A stretch of 64,000 nt of DNA from Flavobacteriales bacterium. GTDB taxonomy: Bacteria; Bacteroidota; Bacteroidia; CAIKAF01. The stretch is taken from assembly GCA_025451235.1 (NCBI GenBank), contig JANWKT010000025.1:56201-120200 (forward strand). Reading direction: 5' to 3'. The notes beneath the pieces were generated by a model that saw only the letters and a program-made list of their open reading frames with translations, was not told where the DNA came from and did not search any database. Positions 28,826 through 38,410 of this stretch are shown one piece after another. Within the stretch, counting starts at the first letter, position 1. The number at the start of each line of letters is the position of its first letter. The position numbers and the translations under genes were made by a program.

Positions 28826-30043
28826 ATGGAAAAAAGAAATTCAAACAACAAAACCCGTCCTGGAAATAAGGACTGGAGAAAAAATTCTTCTAAAAACAGA
28901 AGTAACCAAAAACAAAACAACAACCACAAAAAAGAAAGTACATTAGACAACCGGGTTTTCGTAAAAAAGGCCATGACCTTAGAAGAAACGAAATATGAAA
29001 CTTCTTCGATGGTAAAAGACCTTCCGGTAAATCTTCGGATCAAAGAGAATCTATTGGCCAAAGGTTATGTACAACCTACAGAGATCCAGGAAAAAACCTT
29101 GAATGCGATCTTGCAGGGAAGGAACCTGATGGGCCTGGCCCAAACAGGCACTGGTAAAACAGCTGCATTCCTGGTTCCTATTCTACATCAATTGGTAAAT
29201 ACCGCCCCTGCCTTCCAGGTGTTGGTGGTAGTGCCTACAAGGGAATTAGCCGTGCAAATTGAATCAGAATTAAAAAGTATTGCCAAAGGATTGAATATAT
29301 CGAGCCAGGTATTTATTGGAGGCACCAGTGTTAATCGTGACCTTGATAAACTAAGAAGGCCTTCACATTTTATTATAGGTACTCCTGGTAGGTTATTGGA
29401 TATGGAAAACCAAAGGGCGCTTCATTTCAATAAATTCACCACCCTGGTGTTGGATGAGTTCGACCGTTTATTGGATATGGGATTTTCGCATGATATTCAG
29501 AAAATGATTTCGAAAATGACCAACCGTAAACAAACAGCTCTTTTCTCAGCAACCGAGGAGCCCAGCCAGAAAAAACTCATTGGTGAATTGCTCACCAATC
29601 CGGTTGAAGTAAGGGTAAGTATCAAAAACACCACAGGTGATCATATTGAACAAGAGATCATCCATGTAAAAGAGGGTGAAAACAAAATAGATGTATTGGT
29701 GAACATGATGAAGGATGAAGCATTTCAAAAAGTAATTGTATTTGCCGAAACCAAAAGATGGGTAAGCAAAGTTTGCAAGGAGCTGAATAGAAAAGGCATC
29801 AAAGCCGACGAAATACATGGGAACAAATCTCAGAACTATCGCCAGAATGCATTGAATGCTTTTAAATCCGAAAAAATAAAAGTCCTGGTGGCAACAGATG
29901 TGGCTGCAAGAGGATTGGATATAGAAGAAGTTTCACATGTGATCAATTACCAGAAACCAAAGAACTTCGATAGTTATATCCACAGAATAGGAAGAACAGG
30001 CAGAGCCGGCAAAAGCGGTAAAGCTTATACATTCGTTAATTAA
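28826..30043 (+). CDS. DEAD-box ATP-dependent RNA helicase (DEFD variant) with basic N-terminal extension
   Basis: Q-motif region, 'AQTGTGKTAAF', 'VLDEFDRLLDMGF', 'SATEE' and 'HRIGRTGRAGKSG'. The preferred ATG is 28826; the ORF-track start is 28772. The 5' leader is about 400 nt. Confidence 0.85.
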   Translation: MEKRNSNNKTRPGNKDWRKNSSKNRSNQKQNNNHKKESTLDNRVFVKKAMTLEETKYETSSMVKDLPVNLRIKENLLAKGYVQPTEIQEKTLNAILQGRNLMGLAQTGTGKTAAFLVPILHQLVNTAPAFQVLVVVPTRELAVQIESELKSIAKGLNISSQVFIGGTSVNRDLDKLRRPSHFIIGTPGRLLDMENQRALHFNKFTTLVLDEFDRLLDMGFSHDIQKMISKMTNRKQTALFSATEEPSQKKLIGELLTNPVEVRVSIKNTTGDHIEQEIIHVKEGENKIDVLVNMMKDEAFQKVIVFAETKRWVSKVCKELNRKGIKADEIHGNKSQNYRQNALNAFKSEKIKVLVATDVAARGLDIEEVSHVINYQKPKNFDSYIHRIGRTGRAGKSGKAYTFVN

Positions 30044-30081
30044 AAATAGTACATATAAATAACAAATAAATAAATTAAATT

Positions 30082-30276
30082 ATGAAAGAAGGAGTAGTAA
30101 AATTCTTCAACAAAGCCAAAGGTTTTGGTTTTATTCAAGTAGCAGATTCAAACGAAGATATCTTTGTTCACGAATCTGGATTGGTAGATGATATCTACGA
30201 AAACAACAAAGTTCAGTTCGATGTTGAAAAAGGTAAAAAAGGAATGAATGCAGTTAATGTAAAAGTGATTGAATAA
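30082..30276 (+). CDS. Cold-shock protein (CspA family)
   Basis: 64 aa with 'GVVKFFNKAKGFGFIQ' RNP1-like motif. Confidence 0.9.
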   Translation: MKEGVVKFFNKAKGFGFIQVADSNEDIFVHESGLVDDIYENNKVQFDVEKGKKGMNAVNVKVIE

Positions 30277-30302
30277 TCATCCGAAAATATCTTAAATCAA
30301 AA

Positions 30303-30331
30303 AAGCCACCCTAACAGGTGGCTTTTTTTTT
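30303..30331 (+). terminator. Rho-independent terminator
   Basis: gccaccctaacaggtggc hairpin followed by 9 T. Confidence 0.8.
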
Positions 30332-30350
30332 GATGGTCTATCCCAGGAAG

Positions 30351-30755
30351 CTAACATGACAATCCTGTCCCCAACCTATACTCAAAGGTCATATTCCAAA
30401 GCGACGGAGGGAAAATAAGGTCCCCGAAATATGCAAGGAATTCACTTTTGAGATTTTCGGAAAACTCGCTGGTACAGCATTTGGTTTTCACTACATTGAT
30501 CCCTAATAACCTTCCGTTGTTATCGATGCCCATCACCACATCCATATAAATATTGTCGCAACCGGAACATTTCATTTTTAGCTTGTTTTTTTTAAGAATG
30601 TTCCAATATTGGGTATCCATCCATATATCGTGGATACTATCAGCCTGGGTATAGGCCTGGCCTTTTAGTTCATAGTGTTTGGGTACAGTAACCTGACTAT
30701 AAGCGGGCAAGCCCAATAATATAAAGAATAGGGATAGGAGCAGTAGTTTTTCCAT
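30351..30755 (-). CDS. Hypothetical secreted protein
   Basis: The internal ATG gives a signal peptide 'MEKLLLLSLFFILLGLPAYSQ'. The longer ORF-track start at 30848 is less likely. Confidence 0.5.
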   Translation of the reverse strand: MEKLLLLSLFFILLGLPAYSQVTVPKHYELKGQAYTQADSIHDIWMDTQYWNILKKNKLKMKCSGCDNIYMDVVMGIDNNGRLLGINVVKTKCCTSEFSENLKSEFLAYFGDLIFPPSLWNMTFEYRLGTGLSC

Positions 30756-31034
30756 GGGATGATAAAAATAAAAAAAACGGAAGAGTCCTCCTAAAGTTTC
30801 GTTTGTGGTCCGGATAGAAGTATCAGGAAGCAGCTGAAGCCGACCCAAAAACGAATTTCAAAAAATTAACAATAACTTTAAACAACTTGCTACGCCTCAC
30901 AATCCGCCGTTTTGCGGAATCATCCTACCAACAATTATCACCTTTGCCACAACCAATTTATCAACATTCCGTTAATATGCCTTCTTATTTATGCAGCATT
31001 TTTTACATTCACATCATTAAACTAAATCACAACT

Positions 31035-32966
31035 ATGGACAAAATTTTAGCTATTGCTATTAGCTTTTGGTGGATAGGACTCATACTCCTGGCACTCATT
31101 TTTTACAAATTCGTGTTAAGGGTTTTCTTCGGTATGGTGATCGTACCTGAAAACCGGATTGGATTGGTCACAAAAAAATTCGTTCTCTTTGGTAAACATA
31201 AAGAGTTACCTGATGGACGCATTATCGCTGTTTTAGGTGAAGCAGGTTACCAGGCCCGTACGCTTGCCCCTGGTTTATACTGGTTCATGTGGCCCTGGCA
31301 ATACAGTGTACAATTTCACCCTTTTACGGTTGTTCCGGAAGGAAAAATAGGACTCGTACTTTCGAATGATGGTGTGGAACTTCCAACTGGAAATATCCTG
31401 GGTAGAAAAGTAGAGTCTGATAATTTTCAGGATGCAAAAAAATTCCTGGAAACCGGTGGGCAAAAGGGTCGACAAACTTCCATTCTTACCCCGGGTACTT
31501 ATCGTATCAACAACTACGCTTTTACCATTACCATTGCGGATATGACATTGATCCGCGAAAATATGCTGGGCATTGTTACTTCCATGGACGGTGCTCCCAT
31601 CGCTACCGGACAAATTGCAGGTAAAGATGTAGTGGGACATAACAACTTCCAGGACATTGATATGTTCCTTGTAAATGGAGGTAACAGAGGTTTACAGCCG
31701 CAGGTGATCCTGGCAGGTAGCTATTATATCAACCCTTGGGCCGTTCAGATTGAAGAAATTCCCATGACAGATGTCCCTATTGGACATGTAGGGGTAGTGA
31801 TCTCCTATATTGGGGAAGACGGGGTGGATGTAACCGGTGAATCCTTCAAACATGGTAATATAGTTACCAAAGGTTTCCGGGGTGTATGGATGGAACCATT
31901 AGGTCCCGGTAAATACCCGATCAATAAATATACAATGAAAATCGAAATGGTGCCTACCACCAACTTGGTATTGAACTGGGCAAATGCAAGGAGCGAATCG
32001 CATGCCTTGGATAAAAACCTGAGTACAATCACTGTTCGATCGAAGGATGGTTTCCCTTTCAACCTGGATGTAGCGCAGATCATTCACATTCCTGCCAACG
32101 AAGCTCCGAAGGTAATAGCCCGTTTTGGAAGTATGAACAACCTGGTATCGCAGGTGCTGGAGCCAACCATAGGTAACTATTTCCGTAACTCAGCTCAGGA
32201 TAGCGATGTGATTTCCTTCTTAAGCACACGTAAAGAAAGGCAGGAATCCGCAAAGGGTCATATCGAAAAAGTATTGGTGGAGTATAACGTAAATGCAGTA
32301 GATACATTGATCGGTGATATCGTTCCACCTGAAGCGTTGATGAAAACATTAACAGATCGTAAGATCGCTCAGGAGGAAGAAAAAACATACGAAACCCAAA
32401 AAACTGCACAGGAAAAGAGACAGGGTATGGAAAAAGAAACCGCCATTGCCGATATGCAGAAAGAAATTGTAAAAGCACAACAATCGGTAGAGATTGCACA
32501 ACGGACTGCAGATGCTACGGTGAAAAAAGCCGAAGGAGATGCGACCAGCCTGAAACTGCAGGTAAACGCCGAAGCGGAGGCCACAAAAATGAGGGCAACT
32601 GCACAGGCGGAAGCCACTAAATTAAATGCTTCAGCGGATGCCGAAAGAATTTCTAAGACCGGTTTGGCCGAAGCTGAAAAGATCATGGCGATTGGTAAAT
32701 CAACTGCCGAAGCTTATGAATTGCAGGTAAAAGCCATGGGTGGAGATAACTTTACCAAATTCAAGATCACCGAAGAGATTGGTAAAAACAAGATCAAGGT
32801 AATCCCTGATGTATTGATCTCCGGTGGTAATTCGAATGGTACAGATTCAACCATTAGTGGTTTGTTGGGATTGAAGTTGATGGAAATGATCAACGAAAAA
32901 AATGATCCACAAGCCAAGGACATAAAAAAAAACGATAAGACAGACAAGGGTCCTAATAAGATCTGA
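31035..32966 (+). CDS. Flotillin-like SPFH/band-7 family membrane protein
   Basis: N-terminal TM, three to four internal ~60-aa repeats, and a C-terminal Ala/Glu/Lys-rich coiled coil typical of flotillin; 643 aa. Confidence 0.8.
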   Translation: MDKILAIAISFWWIGLILLALIFYKFVLRVFFGMVIVPENRIGLVTKKFVLFGKHKELPDGRIIAVLGEAGYQARTLAPGLYWFMWPWQYSVQFHPFTVVPEGKIGLVLSNDGVELPTGNILGRKVESDNFQDAKKFLETGGQKGRQTSILTPGTYRINNYAFTITIADMTLIRENMLGIVTSMDGAPIATGQIAGKDVVGHNNFQDIDMFLVNGGNRGLQPQVILAGSYYINPWAVQIEEIPMTDVPIGHVGVVISYIGEDGVDVTGESFKHGNIVTKGFRGVWMEPLGPGKYPINKYTMKIEMVPTTNLVLNWANARSESHALDKNLSTITVRSKDGFPFNLDVAQIIHIPANEAPKVIARFGSMNNLVSQVLEPTIGNYFRNSAQDSDVISFLSTRKERQESAKGHIEKVLVEYNVNAVDTLIGDIVPPEALMKTLTDRKIAQEEEKTYETQKTAQEKRQGMEKETAIADMQKEIVKAQQSVEIAQRTADATVKKAEGDATSLKLQVNAEAEATKMRATAQAEATKLNASADAERISKTGLAEAEKIMAIGKSTAEAYELQVKAMGGDNFTKFKITEEIGKNKIKVIPDVLISGGNSNGTDSTISGLLGLKLMEMINEKNDPQAKDIKKNDKTDKGPNKI

Positions 32967-32986
32967 TGAAGAAAATGTTATTAAAA

Positions 32987-33019
32987 AGGAGGAGTCTCTG
33001 CAAAGGGACTCCTTTTTTA
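32987..33019 (+). terminator. Rho-independent terminator
   Basis: aggagtctctgcaaagggactcct followed by tttttt. Confidence 0.7.
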
Positions 33020-33175
33020 ACGCCATGAAATGAAGGCTAATGGAACCTTGAAGCCACAGATCATGGTCAAGGCTGAGATTCAGCATAACCTGACGGACCC
33101 CAACATATTCCACTTTTTTTCGTATATTTACCCTCAACAAAGCGGTTGAACCCGCTAAAAACTAAATAAAAAAAC

Positions 33176-33628
33176 ATGGGTAGATCCTCAGAAACATTCA
33201 ACAAAAAAGAAAACGAAAAGAAAAAGCAAAAAAAGCAGAAAGACAAAGAGCTTAAAAAGGAAGAAAGAAAAGCTGCAGGTGGCAAGAAAAAATTCGAAGA
33301 CATGATTGCTTATGTAGATGAGTTTGGAAATATTACCGACACTCCACCAGATCCAACTCAGAAAAAAACCAAAATTAATGCCGAAGATATTGAGATAGGC
33401 GTTCCTAAACAGGAACCGAAAGAGCCTGAAGAAAAAGAAAGAGAAGGAGTGATCAGTTTCTTTAATGATTCAAAGGGATATGGATTTATCAAAGACAAGA
33501 ACGGAAACAGTGTTTTTGTTCACGTAAATGGTTTGGTAGATAAAGTATCCGAAAACGACAAGGTTATTTTCGAAGTAGAAATGGGGCATAAAGGATTAAA
33601 TGCCGTTAACGTAAGATTGATCAAATAA
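33176..33628 (+). CDS. Cold-shock-domain protein with ~85-aa Lys/Glu-rich N-terminal extension
   Basis: The C-terminal 65 aa 'GVISFFNDSKGYGFIKD...VNV' is a CSD. The N-terminus is K/E-rich low complexity. Confidence 0.8.
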   Translation: MGRSSETFNKKENEKKKQKKQKDKELKKEERKAAGGKKKFEDMIAYVDEFGNITDTPPDPTQKKTKINAEDIEIGVPKQEPKEPEEKEREGVISFFNDSKGYGFIKDKNGNSVFVHVNGLVDKVSENDKVIFEVEMGHKGLNAVNVRLIK

Positions 33629-33650
33629 AATATTATATATATTCAGAGAA

Positions 33651-33684
33651 AAGGAGCTTCAGCAATGAGGCTCCTTTTTTTTTC
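33651..33684 (+). terminator. Rho-independent terminator
   Basis: aggagcttcagcaatgaggctcct followed by ttttttttt. Confidence 0.75.
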
Positions 33685-33815
33685 AGGTCCCCTGGTGCGA
33701 AGCAGGATCCTGTTAAAAAACAATAACAAAATTTAAGAACACCCCCATCCCTATTTTCAGCCATCATGTAGATTCAATTATTGGCTAATATTGTAAGTAA
33801 CATAAAAAATCCCCA

Positions 33816-34940
33816 ATGAAGAAACAACTACTATTTTTATGCATATTAGCAGCTGGCATCCTCTCTGCTCATGCCCAAATCTCTTTACCCCCTGATGCAG
33901 ATAACCAAAAATGTCGCGTAAGCCAATGGATAGGTCCCGTAGAGATCACCATTACCTATAACAGTCCGGATGTGCATGCACCCGACGGAACTGACCGTAC
34001 AGGTCATATATGGGGCGAATTGGTCCCTTATGGATTTACTGACCCTGGTTTCGGAACTTCCAGATCAGCACCTTGGAGGGCGGGAGCCAACGAAAATACC
34101 ACCATCTTTTTTTCACACGATGTAAAAGTTCAGGGCAAGGATATGAAAGCAGGGACCTATGGGTTATATATAGCTGTAGAAAAACAAGGACCGTGGATGT
34201 TGGTTTTCTCCAAAAATTCGTCGGCCTGGGGAAATTATTTTTACAATGCTTCGGATGATGCATTGCGTGTTCAGGCCGATCCTTCAGATGCTCATTATTC
34301 AGAATGGCTTACCTATGGTTTTGAAGATCGTTTAGCTACCTCGGCTACTGCTTATTTGCAATGGGAAAATAAAAAGCTCCCTTTTAAAATTGAGGTCCCG
34401 AATGTAAATGAGATCCAGTTGTCCATTATAGAAGATGAACTCACCAATGCTCCGGGTTTTGATTATAAAAACTGGAAAGAAGCAGCACTTTTCTGTCTGA
34501 ATAATAAATTGAGTCTAGAAAAGGCTTTGTATTTTGCTGATGCCGCTATGAATATGCCAAACATCGGTGTAGCAAATTTTGCGACCATGTCTACCAAAGC
34601 AAAGGTGTTGGAAGCAATGGGAAAAACGGATGAATCAGAAAAATTAATGCAACAAGCCATCAACCACTCTACGGCAACCATTCAGGATATACATCAATAT
34701 GGACGCCAATTATTAAATGAGGGGAAAAAAGAAAAGGCTTTGGAAATATTTAAGCTCAATAATAAAATGCATCCTGAGGATAAATTTACCACTTATATAG
34801 GTTTAGCACGTGGATATACAGCGGTGGGTGATAAAAAGAACGCCATTAAAAACTGGGAGATAGCCATTAAAAATATTCCTGAGAATCAAAAAAGCTATCT
34901 ATCTTATTACCAGGGAGAACTGCATAAACTAAAAGGATAA
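33816..34940 (+). CDS. Secreted hypothetical protein (DUF2911-like N-domain, TPR-like C-terminus)
   Basis: Signal peptide 'MKKQLLFLCILAAGILSAHAQ'; 374 aa. Confidence 0.6.
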   Translation: MKKQLLFLCILAAGILSAHAQISLPPDADNQKCRVSQWIGPVEITITYNSPDVHAPDGTDRTGHIWGELVPYGFTDPGFGTSRSAPWRAGANENTTIFFSHDVKVQGKDMKAGTYGLYIAVEKQGPWMLVFSKNSSAWGNYFYNASDDALRVQADPSDAHYSEWLTYGFEDRLATSATAYLQWENKKLPFKIEVPNVNEIQLSIIEDELTNAPGFDYKNWKEAALFCLNNKLSLEKALYFADAAMNMPNIGVANFATMSTKAKVLEAMGKTDESEKLMQQAINHSTATIQDIHQYGRQLLNEGKKEKALEIFKLNNKMHPEDKFTTYIGLARGYTAVGDKKNAIKNWEIAIKNIPENQKSYLSYYQGELHKLKG

Positions 34941-35126
34941 AGGTAAATAAAGAGGTTTCCAGGTTCTTTTAACCTATCCAAAACAGACAAGTCCTTAGGC
35001 CTTTTTTATTATACTGGCTTACTGATATTTAATAATCATCAAGGGGATAACACCAGGACTTTCCCCCTTAATTTTTTTTAAATCTCCGCGGATAGTATTA
35101 CTTTTGCACCGACTCAAATCAACTTT

Positions 35127-35441
35127 ATGAATCCCAAATTTTTTCTAACCATTTGTGGTTTTTTATTAAGTGCAGCTCTCTCCTATTCACAAATGAATTC
35201 GAGAGAAGCCACCACAACCCCAAGTTCAAATTTTACCTGGCATAAGATCAGTTTTGAAGTAAAAGATGTTTCCAATCCTGATCCCGCATTGGTCAACCAG
35301 ATCCCGCTCCAGTATTATGAAGAACAAAGACTTCCTTCAATAGATGTTGAAATTGAGGACCCTATTTCTAATTATACCATCATTCTTTATTCTGATGAGA
35401 AATGCAGGTTGAACAAAGCACCCAATAATAATCCTAAATAA
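35127..35441 (+). CDS. Small secreted hypothetical protein
   Basis: 104 aa with an N-terminal signal. Confidence 0.45.
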   Translation: MNPKFFLTICGFLLSAALSYSQMNSREATTTPSSNFTWHKISFEVKDVSNPDPALVNQIPLQYYEEQRLPSIDVEIEDPISNYTIILYSDEKCRLNKAPNNNPK

Positions 35442-35448
35442 ACAAGCC

Positions 35449-36897
35449 ATGTCAATTAAATCCATATTGCCGGTCTTCTTTATTTGCGGAAATTTGCTGG
35501 CACAAACCTATACGCATCCTACCATAGGGCTCAATTCAACCTGGGCTGGCGCCTGTTTGGTGAATACCTGCAGCGGCACCTATTACGACAATGGTGGGGC
35601 CGGTGGAAATTATGCCGCCAATATCAATTCTATTTACCGGACCTTCTGCCCCAATACTGCCGGAACCTGTGTAAGAGCTACTTTCACATCCTGGAGCATG
35701 AATGATACTTATTTCTTATGTTTCGGACCCAATAGCTGTTGTGATTATCTAACTATACATAATGGTGCGGTATTTGGTACCCCAGTATTATATAATAATT
35801 GCACCACCTCTCCAGGAACCGTTACGGCAACCGGACCTAATGGATGTTTAACCTTTAGACATACAACCGACGGCTCTGTTCAACTCGCTGGCTGGGCAGC
35901 CACCCTTTCCTGTGTTGCATGCGCAGGAGGACCTGCAGCCAATACCCGTCATGATTGTCCGGGTGCTATACAAGTATGTACTGATTCTCCCATCTCTTAT
36001 AATTCTACAGGTCCTGGATTAATCTCCGAATCATGCAGTGGATGTTCCAGTGCTGAGGGGGAAATTCATAGCAGTTGGTATGTATTTCAAATGACTACCG
36101 GAGGAACCCTGGGATTAACCATTATTCCAACAGTAGGAACCGACGATTTTGATTTTGTACTATATGGACCCAATACCACCTGCGGTGCTTTAGGCAGTCC
36201 TATACGTTGCAGCTACGCCGGTACTTCTGGCAATACAGGAATGGGTAACGGTGCTGTTGACAACAGTGAGATCGTAACCGGTGATGGTTGGGTAAGTACC
36301 TTAAATGTTACGGCAGGTCAGATCTATCGTTTACAAGTAAATCACTGGAACCCTCCAACATCAGGATATACGTTAGACTGGAACCTTACCGGTGGAGCAT
36401 CCTTGAATTGTACTCCGCTGGCAGTTCAATTAACTGACTTCCGTTGCGAAGAAATTGACAATAGCATATCCGTTTATTGGTCAACCAGTGCAGAGGTAAA
36501 CAGTGATTATTTTATTGTTGAAAAAAGCACCGATGGCGAAAATTTTACCGAATTCACACGGGTACAAGGACAAGGAAACTCAACCGAACAAACTGAATAT
36601 ATAATAACGGATCTGAATGCGGCGTTTGGTGTAAACTATTATAGACTCAAACAGGTGGATCTGGATGGGCATGAAACCGTTTATGACATGACCTCCTGTA
36701 ATTTTGGGAATGTAGAAACCATGATAAAAAAGGTGACCATTTATAATTTAAGTGGTATGGTTGTATATTCATCCAATGAAAATACCACGAGCCTACAGAA
36801 AATTGTATCCCAGGTTCATTTACAGCCGGGTATGTATATTTTAGAAACGATTGACGAAAACGATCAGGTAAAGATCATCAAGTTTGTACAGATCTAA
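35449..36897 (+). CDS. Cys-rich secreted protein with T9SS C-terminal sorting domain
   Basis: Signal peptide, many Cys, and a C-terminal 'YYRLKQVDLDGHETVYD...KVTIYNLSGMVVY...LQPGMYILE' Por_Secre_tail-like region. Confidence 0.75.
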   Translation: MSIKSILPVFFICGNLLAQTYTHPTIGLNSTWAGACLVNTCSGTYYDNGGAGGNYAANINSIYRTFCPNTAGTCVRATFTSWSMNDTYFLCFGPNSCCDYLTIHNGAVFGTPVLYNNCTTSPGTVTATGPNGCLTFRHTTDGSVQLAGWAATLSCVACAGGPAANTRHDCPGAIQVCTDSPISYNSTGPGLISESCSGCSSAEGEIHSSWYVFQMTTGGTLGLTIIPTVGTDDFDFVLYGPNTTCGALGSPIRCSYAGTSGNTGMGNGAVDNSEIVTGDGWVSTLNVTAGQIYRLQVNHWNPPTSGYTLDWNLTGGASLNCTPLAVQLTDFRCEEIDNSISVYWSTSAEVNSDYFIVEKSTDGENFTEFTRVQGQGNSTEQTEYIITDLNAAFGVNYYRLKQVDLDGHETVYDMTSCNFGNVETMIKKVTIYNLSGMVVYSSNENTTSLQKIVSQVHLQPGMYILETIDENDQVKIIKFVQI

Positions 36898-36989
36898 AGA
36901 GGAAAATTGGATCAGCTGAAAAATATATAGGCTTAAATCTAAAAATCCTTCATCCTAAATCCTTCATTAATTTCCCCTTTTCCTGTGTT

Positions 36990-37105
36990 TGGCAGTAGTC
37001 CTCTGTCTTCACAAACCCATGCTAACCATTGCAGGCTATTCCTGCCGTCATAGCTGCAATACCAAGCATGGCTAATGCTCAGCCTTCCGGGCTACTGCTG
37101 CCATC
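36990..37105. other. ~115-nt nested hairpin element in intergenic region
   Basis: ggcagtagtcc..ggctactgctgcc outer stem and catgctaaccattgcag..ctgcaataccaagcatg inner stem. Confidence 0.3.
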
Positions 37106-37144
37106 CAGGGGGATTTAAGAAGTTTTTTATCTTTAACCTGGAAA

Positions 37145-37852
37145 ATGAAAAAACCTATCTATATACCATTATTTTTTGTCGCAATATATGCTTGCGGATC
37201 AAAAAATGTACCTCAAGAACAATCCGGACAAGTAGACAAAATTCCAGGGCATAAAACTCAACTGTCGGAGGAAGAGATGAAGAGCTTGGATAGTTTGAAC
37301 ATCCATTTTCAACTTCGGGGCGATTGCTATGCATACAGTAGTGATAAGAATGCACAACCTTCAAATGGAGAAGCCCATTCCCCTAATCTTCCCAAGAAAG
37401 TTGACGATAGTTTTCCTAAAAAGAAGGGCCTCTATTTGGTGATCAATCAGGATGAATTAGTGCAGTATGACGAAGCCATATTAGGGTGTAAGCTTTATCT
37501 GGTGAATACTACAGATACTATTGCAAAACTCCACGCTAGCGATAGCCGGCTATATATAGTTGCCGAAGCGCTGAATGAAAAAAATGAATGGGCACCAATC
37601 ACCTATCTTCCATCAAGCGGGTGTGGCAATAGCAGTCATACGGTCATTTTAGACAAACAGGAGTATTGGGAATTCTTAATACCTGTTTTCAAAGGGAATT
37701 TCAAAACAAAACTCCGCTACACCCTTACCTTGAATAAAGAAAAACGGTTAAGCTCAAATGAAATTCCTGTTTTTATTAATAAAGAGCAATTGGATCCAGA
37801 AAACAAACAAGGACATACTCCAACAAATATAATGGATCCTTACAATGACTAA
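37145..37852 (+). CDS. Hypothetical lipoprotein
   Basis: 'LFFVAIYACGS' lipobox; 235 aa. Confidence 0.55.
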   Translation: MKKPIYIPLFFVAIYACGSKNVPQEQSGQVDKIPGHKTQLSEEEMKSLDSLNIHFQLRGDCYAYSSDKNAQPSNGEAHSPNLPKKVDDSFPKKKGLYLVINQDELVQYDEAILGCKLYLVNTTDTIAKLHASDSRLYIVAEALNEKNEWAPITYLPSSGCGNSSHTVILDKQEYWEFLIPVFKGNFKTKLRYTLTLNKEKRLSSNEIPVFINKEQLDPENKQGHTPTNIMDPYND

Positions 37853-37870
37853 ATAAAAACCCAAAATGAC

Positions 37871-38293
37871 ATGATCAACTTAAACGGAAAATGGAAGGGC
37901 ACCCTGGTATTTGGAAGAGAATATGGAAGGGATGCAGGCAAAGAATTGTATTTTCAAATGGATCTCCAACATGAAGGAGATACGATCACAGCAGTTGCAA
38001 AAGATACAGGAGGCTTTGGCATGAGTCCAGATCCCGCGAAAATCTCAGGTACTTTTACCAATGGAGTAATCAGCTTTAAAAAATACTACGAAAGTTTTCA
38101 CACAGTAGACGAGAAAGGCACCCTTGTTGTGGATCCATCAAAAAAAGGTCCTGATATTCTATACAACGGAGTTTATGATCCTGCAACAGAATCTTTCAAA
38201 GGAGGCTGGAGCATTGCAATGCTGGTGAATCAGGGAAACAGAACTGAAACTTTCACGTGTACGGGAACCTGGACGATGTCTCAAGAAAAATAG
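37871..38293 (+). CDS. Hypothetical protein
   Basis: 140 aa ORF, 19 bp after the previous gene. No motifs recognised. Confidence 0.5.
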   Translation: MINLNGKWKGTLVFGREYGRDAGKELYFQMDLQHEGDTITAVAKDTGGFGMSPDPAKISGTFTNGVISFKKYYESFHTVDEKGTLVVDPSKKGPDILYNGVYDPATESFKGGWSIAMLVNQGNRTETFTCTGTWTMSQEK

Positions 38294-38410
38294 GTGTTTT
38301 TACCTATATTTTGCTCAACAATTGCAACAATCATTCAGGGCAATAAGAAGAATGGCATTTCTTCTATTGCTTAATGATCGCAAAGATCATATATTTGAAT
38401 ATATGATCTT

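Noticed and set aside
28826-30043. DEAD-box helicase with DEFD instead of DEAD in motif II, as a possible inactive pseudo-helicase
   Set aside because: All other motifs (Q, I, Ia, III, VI) are intact. Asp/Glu are preserved at the catalytic positions. The A-to-F substitution alone is not evidence of inactivity.
32369-32686. 105-aa Ala/Ser-rich ORF on the minus strand
   Set aside because: Antisense to the Ala/Glu/Lys-rich coiled-coil region of the flotillin gene. The composition mirrors codon complementarity.
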